Positions 33,641 to 38,692 of a stretch of DNA of 38,692 bases are shown piece by piece. How positions within the stretch are numbered: position 1 is the stretch's first letter; each line of letters begins with the position of its first letter. The notes beneath the pieces were generated by a model. That model had not been told where the DNA came from, made no database searches, and was given only the letters and a program-made list of their open reading frames with translations. The stretch is from a virus (taxonomy: Duplodnaviria > Caudoviricetes): the IMG/VR virus record IMGVR_UViG_3300033076_001009, positions 1 to 38,692 of that record, one strand, 5' to 3'. A program made the translations under genes and the position numbers.

Positions 33641-34297
33641 ATGCCATGGATGATTGCTGGGGCTGTACTTGGTGGCTCGCTACTTGGCGCTAAAGCGTCT
33701 AAAAGCGCTGCTAATACGCAGGCGGCTGCGGCTGACCGCGCTGCCGAACTGCAAAACGAGCAGTTCAATAAACAAGTCGAGCTGCAAGAACCATGGCGTC
33801 AGGCGGGCATCAATGCGTTGGCCAAGCTTCAGTCTGGCAACGTCATGGGCACCATGGATCCGTCGTATCAATTCCGCTTGGGCGAGGGCCTCAAAGCCTT
33901 GGATCGCCAAGCGGCGGCCCGCGGCGGCTTGATCAGCGGCGGCGCTCTCAAAGCAGCGCAGCGCTACGGCCAAGATTTTGCGTCACAAGAGTTTGGCAAC
34001 GCCTACAACCGCCTCGCCAGTTTGGCCGGTATTGGCCAGACAGCCACCAATCAGCTTGGCCAAGCTGGGCAAGCCAACGCAGCCAACGTTGGCAACTTGA
34101 TGACAAGCGGCGCGGCGGCTCGAGCATCCGGCTATGTGGGCGGCGCAAACGCGCTGACCAGTGGTTTGGGCCAATACCTGAATTATTCTCAGAATCAATC
34201 GCTGCTTAACCGCATGGGGCCCCAGTCGTCTGGCGGCTACAACTATTTGTACAGTGATCCGACTGCCGTCGGTCCTTTCCCGCCCATCGGAGGCTAA
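33641..34297 (+). CDS. DNA ejection (pilot) protein, P22 gp7-like
   Basis: Hydrophobic Gly-rich N-terminus; DPSYQFRLGEG...AAARGGLISGGALKA...YGQDFASQE. Confidence 0.82.
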   Translation: MPWMIAGAVLGGSLLGAKASKSAANTQAAAADRAAELQNEQFNKQVELQEPWRQAGINALAKLQSGNVMGTMDPSYQFRLGEGLKALDRQAAARGGLISGGALKAAQRYGQDFASQEFGNAYNRLASLAGIGQTATNQLGQAGQANAANVGNLMTSGAAARASGYVGGANALTSGLGQYLNYSQNQSLLNRMGPQSSGGYNYLYSDPTAVGPFPPIGG

Positions 34298-34300
34298 ACA

Positions 34301-35512
34301 ATGCCACTTGATCCAAACATTGCCCTTCAGGTTCGCCCGGTTGAATTGCCCAATCAGTTGGCGCAGTACGGCCAACTTGCGCAGATTCAACAGGCCCAAA
34401 ACCAGAACGCGCTGGCCCAGTTTCAGATGAAAGAAGCCGAGGCAGCGGCTCAAGAGCGCAACGCTTTGCGCCAGCTCAATCCTACTGCACCTGATTACGA
34501 GGCGCAGTTGTTCCGCGTTAACCCACAGCTTGGCATCGCCTACCGCAAAGAGCAGGCGGCTGCGGAAGCCAGCAAGGCTCAAACAAAAGCAAGCGCGGCT
34601 GCAACGGCTAAAAGCGAGTTTGAGTTGCAGCAGAAAAAGTTGGAGCACGGTTTTCAACAGCTCGGCGCCGCCGCAACTCCGCAAGCCGCGGTGAACGCAA
34701 TTCTTGACGGCGTGAAACAAGGCTATTTTGACCAGGCCACCGCAGACGCAGAGATTGCCAACATCCCCAAAGATTTGGCGGCCTACCGTCAATACCGGGC
34801 GGACAAAATTTTAAGCCTCTTGGACGCTAAAGATCAGCTCACACACCAGCGCGAAACAGAGCGTATTGGGCTTGAAAAACAACGCGTTAATCTGGAAGGC
34901 CAGCGGGTTGGTTTGGAAGGCCAGCGGGTGGGCTTGGAAAACAAGCGCGTCGGTCTGGAAGAGCGCCGTGTGGGGCTGGCTGAAAAGACGCAGGGCACTG
35001 AAGGTTTGTCACCCAAAGAGATCCAGAAGCGTGAAGCTGCGCTACCTCAAGCAACCGCAGCGATGAAGGGCTTTGAGGCTAAATCCGACAGCTTTGTGAA
35101 GGATTTGATTGCCCTGCGTGACCACCCAGGCCTGTCTCAGATCACTGGCTTTGTGGCTGGCCGCGCGCCTGCATTGACCGCGCAAGGCCGCGCCGCGCAA
35201 GCGTTGTACGACAAAGTTGTGGCCAAAGGCGGCTTCCAAGCGCTGCAAGAACTGCGCGATGCGTCCAAGACCGGCGGCGCGTTGGGCAACGTGTCCAACC
35301 AAGAAGGCAAGCAGCTTACTGCTTCGTTCTCGGCCATTGACCGCCGCCAAGACGCCGCTGATGTCAAGGCAGCACTTGACCGCGCCATTGGCGACGTCGA
35401 AGGCGCCAAGACACGTATGCGCGAAGCGTATGATTCGACATACAGCTACAAATCCGGCGCGGCTGCCGCGCCAGCGGGTGGCAACGTAATCGACTTTGGG
35501 AGTCTCAAATAA
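34301..35512 (+). CDS. DNA ejection protein (gp20-like position)
   Basis: Gln/Ala-rich helical 403 aa protein, GALGNVSNQEG motif, heptad repeats. Confidence 0.72.
   Translation: MPLDPNIALQVRPVELPNQLAQYGQLAQIQQAQNQNALAQFQMKEAEAAAQERNALRQLNPTAPDYEAQLFRVNPQLGIAYRKEQAAAEASKAQTKASAAATAKSEFELQQKKLEHGFQQLGAAATPQAAVNAILDGVKQGYFDQATADAEIANIPKDLAAYRQYRADKILSLLDAKDQLTHQRETERIGLEKQRVNLEGQRVGLEGQRVGLENKRVGLEERRVGLAEKTQGTEGLSPKEIQKREAALPQATAAMKGFEAKSDSFVKDLIALRDHPGLSQITGFVAGRAPALTAQGRAAQALYDKVVAKGGFQALQELRDASKTGGALGNVSNQEGKQLTASFSAIDRRQDAADVKAALDRAIGDVEGAKTRMREAYDSTYSYKSGAAAAPAGGNVIDFGSLK
34859..34984 (+). repeat. Six tandem 21-bp (7-aa) repeats
   Basis: ERIGLEK QRVNLEG QRVGLEG QRVGLEN KRVGLEE RRVGLAE. 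Confidence 0.85.
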
Positions 35513-37416
35513 TGGACGTCCGCCTGCCAGATGGCACAATCATCAAGGGCGTACCCGATGGCATGAGCAAGGCCGATTTGACGGCCAAGCTGGCAGCCAA
35601 CGGGTACGATGTCAGTCGGCTAGCCGCTGCGCCCGCGCCATCGGCAAACGAAGTACCTGGCCCACGCGCCGAGCCCACCACGACGCAAAAGATTTATCAA
35701 GCCGCACGGCCTTTTGTCGCACCGTTGGTTGAGACTGGCGGCGCTATCTTGGGTGGCTTGGCTGGCGGTACAGCGGGCACTTTTGGCGCTGGACCGGTCG
35801 GCACTGCGATGGGCGGTGTTGCGGGTGCTGGCCTTGGCTACGGCATGGGTAAGGAGCTCATGGAGTTGGCCGACGTTAATTTGGGCGGTAAAGCACCGCG
35901 CAAAGGCGCGGCGCAGATTGCCGAGCCTATCCAGAACGTGATTGAAGGCGCAACCTATGAAGCCGGTGGCCGCGCCTTGGGCCCGGCGCTGGGGTACGTA
36001 GGCGGCAAGATCGCTGACCTGCGCCAGATTCCTGTACAAAAAGCAGCCAATATTGCTCGCAACGCGTTGGGCCCGGATTTGCCTGAAGTGCTCAATGCTT
36101 TGAAAGCCAGCAAAGGTCAAGCTGTTACGCCTGGCCAAGCGACTGCTGACATCAACAGCCCCACTTGGCAGGCGCTGGTTGGCCGCGCTGTCGAACGCGA
36201 TCCACGTTTCTTGGAAGCGCTCAAAGCATCACAGGGTGAAGTGTCGCTGAACGCGCTGGCCAAACTGGCCGGGGGCACGACCGCAACTGAAGTGCGAACC
36301 ACCGGCGAAGCCGCCAAGAACGCACTTAACGCAGTGACAGGGCCTGTACGCGAGACAGCACTCAAACGCGCCAATTTGGGCCAGTATGTGGCCGATGAAG
36401 CCGCCGCCCGCCAAGCACATGACTTGGCTACGCTGACAGGTTCCGGCACCAAGATCGACCCGCAACAGTTTGTTGCTCAGGCTCAAGGCGCAGAAAAGGC
36501 GCTGCGGTCTGTTGGCATCAAGCCGTTGAATGGCGAGTCGCTTGTGCGTAGCATTTCTGCAACAGCCGAAAACCCAGCGTTTGCAGGTAACGATTTGATC
36601 AGCGGCGCGGTTAAAAACGTGGCCGATGACATCGCCAAATGGACTGGCCAAGGCGGCGTAATTGACGCCAACGCTTTGGAAGCTATCCGCAAGAACTCCG
36701 TCAACGCTGCAATCGCCCAGCTTCGTCCTGGTGCGGATGCGACTGCGCAACGCAATCTGGCCGCTGGCGTGCTGTCCAAGATTAAGCCCGCGATTGACGA
36801 CGCGATTGAAGCCGCAGGCGGCGCTGGCTGGCGCGACTATCTCAAGATGCACGCCCAAGGTATGCAAAAGATCGCCGAAAAGAATTTGACCGGCGAAGCA
36901 TTGAACTTGTGGAAGACCAACAAAGACGCGTTTGTCAAGTTGGTGCAAGGTGAGTCGCCTGAAGCGGTCGAAAAAATCTTGGGCCCCGGCAACTACAACA
37001 TCGCCAAAGAAGTCAGCGAAAACACGATGTCTGTCTTGGAAGACCAAGCGCTTAAGGCCATTCGTGACGCCAAGGTTAAAGGCCAAGTTACAGCAGGCCA
37101 AGACGCGTTGCGCGAACTCATGGCGCAAAACATTTCCAAGTGGCGCTTGCCTTCGTACCTAAGCGTGGTTGCATCGTCAGCCAACAAAGGTCTGGAATAT
37201 TTGGAAAACAAGATCGGCAAGAGCACGCTTGCGCAACTGACCGCTGCGTTGAAAACGCCAGAAGGCGCTGTAAACTTGCTGGAAACGCTGCCCGCAACAG
37301 AACGCAATCGCGTGCTGAACTTGCTGTCTAACCCTCAACAATGGAAGCCGGGCGCTGGCGTTGCAGTCAAAAACGTGCTCGCCCCAGACGAACCTCAAAA
37401 CGCATTGGTGAAATAA
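35512..37416 (+). CDS. Large DNA ejection protein (gp16-like position)
   Basis: MDVRLPDGTIIKGVPDG N-terminus, Gly-rich membrane-type segment, Ala-rich helical body. Confidence 0.72.
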   Translation: MDVRLPDGTIIKGVPDGMSKADLTAKLAANGYDVSRLAAAPAPSANEVPGPRAEPTTTQKIYQAARPFVAPLVETGGAILGGLAGGTAGTFGAGPVGTAMGGVAGAGLGYGMGKELMELADVNLGGKAPRKGAAQIAEPIQNVIEGATYEAGGRALGPALGYVGGKIADLRQIPVQKAANIARNALGPDLPEVLNALKASKGQAVTPGQATADINSPTWQALVGRAVERDPRFLEALKASQGEVSLNALAKLAGGTTATEVRTTGEAAKNALNAVTGPVRETALKRANLGQYVADEAAARQAHDLATLTGSGTKIDPQQFVAQAQGAEKALRSVGIKPLNGESLVRSISATAENPAFAGNDLISGAVKNVADDIAKWTGQGGVIDANALEAIRKNSVNAAIAQLRPGADATAQRNLAAGVLSKIKPAIDDAIEAAGGAGWRDYLKMHAQGMQKIAEKNLTGEALNLWKTNKDAFVKLVQGESPEAVEKILGPGNYNIAKEVSENTMSVLEDQALKAIRDAKVKGQVTAGQDALRELMAQNISKWRLPSYLSVVASSANKGLEYLENKIGKSTLAQLTAALKTPEGAVNLLETLPATERNRVLNLLSNPQQWKPGAGVAVKNVLAPDEPQNALVK

Positions 37417-37637
37417 TGGATACCCAGTCGCTTTTCAACATCGCAGTCAGTATCGCGGGTTTCTTCGGCGGCTGGACTCTCAATAACATCTACCGCGCCA
37501 TCGAGCGCTTGGACGCTGACGTGCGTACGCTGCCGCACACCTACGTCGCCAAAGAAGACTACCGAAGCGACATCGCCGAAGTCAAAAACATCCTGCACCA
37601 AATCTTCGACAAACTCGACGGAAAGGCCGACAAATGA
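37416..37637 (+). CDS. Membrane-anchored coiled-coil protein of the lysis region
   Basis: TAATG coupling; MDTQSLFNIAVSIAGFFGGWTL...YVAKEDYRSD...IFDKLDGKADK. Confidence 0.75.
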   Translation: MDTQSLFNIAVSIAGFFGGWTLNNIYRAIERLDADVRTLPHTYVAKEDYRSDIAEVKNILHQIFDKLDGKADK

Positions 37638-37801
37638 AAGACTACATCCTTGCTCGCGCCAAAGAGGCGTCCACATGGCGCGGCGTCATTCTGCTGCTGA
37701 CCGCCGCAGGCGTGCCTATCGCCCCTGCGCTGGCCGATACCATCGTGTCCGTGGGCCTGGCCTTGGCCGGTATGATTGGTGTTATTGCTGCCGATAAATG
37801 A
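37634..37801 (+). CDS. Putative holin (55 aa, two hydrophobic segments)
   Basis: Read manually: MKDYILARAKEASTWRGVILLLTAAGVPIAPALADTIVSVGLALAGMIGVIAADK, coupled to the endolysin gene. Confidence 0.7.
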   Translation: MKDYILARAKEASTWRGVILLLTAAGVPIAPALADTIVSVGLALAGMIGVIAADK

Positions 37802-38220
37802 CACCTCACTTCTCACTTGAAGAGCTGACGCACACCGACCACCGTCAGTTCGACAACACACCCAACGAGGCCGAGCTGGCCAACCTGCGCCGCCTGGCGG
37901 ATTTTCTGGAGCAGATCAAGGCGCTGCTGGGCGGCAAGCCCATCATGATCAACAGCGCGTTCCGCTCCAAGCAGGTCAATGACGCCGTGGGCAGCAAAGA
38001 CACCAGCCAGCACCGCTTAGGTTGCGCTGCTGACATCCGCGTGCCGGGCATGACGCCCGACCAGGTGGTCAGGAAGATCATGATCTCAGCGCTGCCCTAC
38101 GATCAGCTCATCCGTGAGTTTGACCGCTGGACGCACATCAGCATACCCAACACGATTGACACGCCTGCCCGCAGGCAGGCGCTGATCATCGACAAGTCAG
38201 GTACACGCCCGTACGCATAA
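37798..38220 (+). CDS. Endolysin, peptidase M15A family
   Basis: HFSLEEL, INSAFRS..VN.AVG, SQHRLGCAADI, WTHIS Zn-peptidase motifs. Confidence 0.9.
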   Translation: MTPHFSLEELTHTDHRQFDNTPNEAELANLRRLADFLEQIKALLGGKPIMINSAFRSKQVNDAVGSKDTSQHRLGCAADIRVPGMTPDQVVRKIMISALPYDQLIREFDRWTHISIPNTIDTPARRQALIIDKSGTRPYA

Positions 38221-38274
38221 AATGATCCACAGCAGCCAGAGCGGCCCGAGGATGTAGCGTAAATACAACATCAT
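38197..38274 (-). CDS. Small hydrophobic peptide (25 aa)
   Basis: ATGA-coupled to the upstream gene; MMLYLRYILGPLWLLWIILCVRACT; overlaps the endolysin 3' end. Confidence 0.45.
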   Translation of the reverse strand: MMLYLRYILGPLWLLWIILCVRACT

Positions 38275-38474
38275 CGCTGCGCCGCCAGCTTCTGGTACTT
38301 TGTTGCGGCCATGCGCCAGCGAGCAGCGGCGTCTTTGTTGTACTTGACGACGCGCTCCTGTTCCCGCAGCTTGCGTTTGAGATCCGCAATCTCCAGTTTC
38401 ATGGCTTTCTGGATCATGGCGTGGCTTGTGCCCTTGCTGTGGTCCATTTTGGTGAGGTGCTCTTGCCATCTCAT
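38271..38474 (-). CDS. Hypothetical basic coiled-coil protein
   Basis: Start placed at ATG 38474 (ATGA overlap): MRWQEHLTKMDHSKG...KYQKLAAQR. Confidence 0.72.
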   Translation of the reverse strand: MRWQEHLTKMDHSKGTSHAMIQKAMKLEIADLKRKLREQERVVKYNKDAAARWRMAATKYQKLAAQR

Positions 38475-38692
38475 GCCGCCCCCGCCATCATTTGCAACAG
38501 ATGCCCAGCCCGCTTGCGCGCGCGGTACTCTGCGCTGATTAGTGAACGCTTCTTCAACGGGCGTGCTACGTCCTTGCCGGGGCCGAACATGAAGATGCGA
38601 GTGGACGAGCGCCCCTCGCCTTCCCACATGCAGATGTGGATGATGCCTTGCTTGTGCATCGCTCGCGTCCAGTCGTACACAGTTAGGACATG
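38471..38692 (-). CDS. HTH DNA-binding protein, 3' part (begins at 132)
   Basis: The frame is open from the window end and joins in frame with 132..1, giving 117 aa in total. Confidence 0.8.
   Translation of the reverse strand, partial: HVLTVYDWTRAMHKQGIIHICMWEGEGRSSTRIFMFGPGKDVARPLKKRSLISAEYRARKRAGHLLQMMAGAA

Larger units (their letters stand above)
1..38692. mobile_element. Complete circularly permuted dsDNA phage genome with P22-like (podovirus) virion module
   Basis: Terminase, portal, scaffold, coat, tail, ejection, lysis and replication genes are all present, with no host housekeeping genes. A reading frame continues across the window ends (132->1, then 38692->38471). Confidence 0.93.

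Overview
The window appears to be a complete, circularly closed ~38.7 kb tailed-phage genome: a minus-strand HTH gene runs in frame across the 1/38692 junction. It has P22-like podovirus morphogenesis genes and its own replication module. There are four transcription blocks. (1) A leftward block from 3951 across the junction to ~38197: VRR-NUC nuclease, DUF3310, SNF2 helicase, small modular and membrane proteins, glutaredoxin and an HTH protein. (2) A rightward replication block, 4036-11104: Cas4-like/DUF2800 nuclease, putative SSB, PAPS-reductase-family protein, family A DNA polymerase and primase-helicase. (3) A leftward early block of small genes, 12925-11129. (4) A rightward late block, 13680-38220: TerS, an inserted HNH endonuclease, TerL, GroES-like protein, portal, Dps-like protein, a fibre/adhesin/chaperone cluster, scaffold, P22-type coat, head-tail proteins, a repeat-extended needle with S74 chaperone, a beta-helix tailspike, a cupin, three ejection proteins, holin and M15 endolysin. 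The ~750 bp non-coding region 12926-13679 holds ~20 GTGRGY iteron-like repeats, two IHF-consensus sites, two SlmA-binding-site-like palindromes and a G-run cluster. I saw no integrase, CI-type repressor, tRNA, CRISPR array or reverse transcriptase. A Gram-negative proteobacterial host is inferred, not shown. All product calls come from motif recognition by eye, with no database searches.
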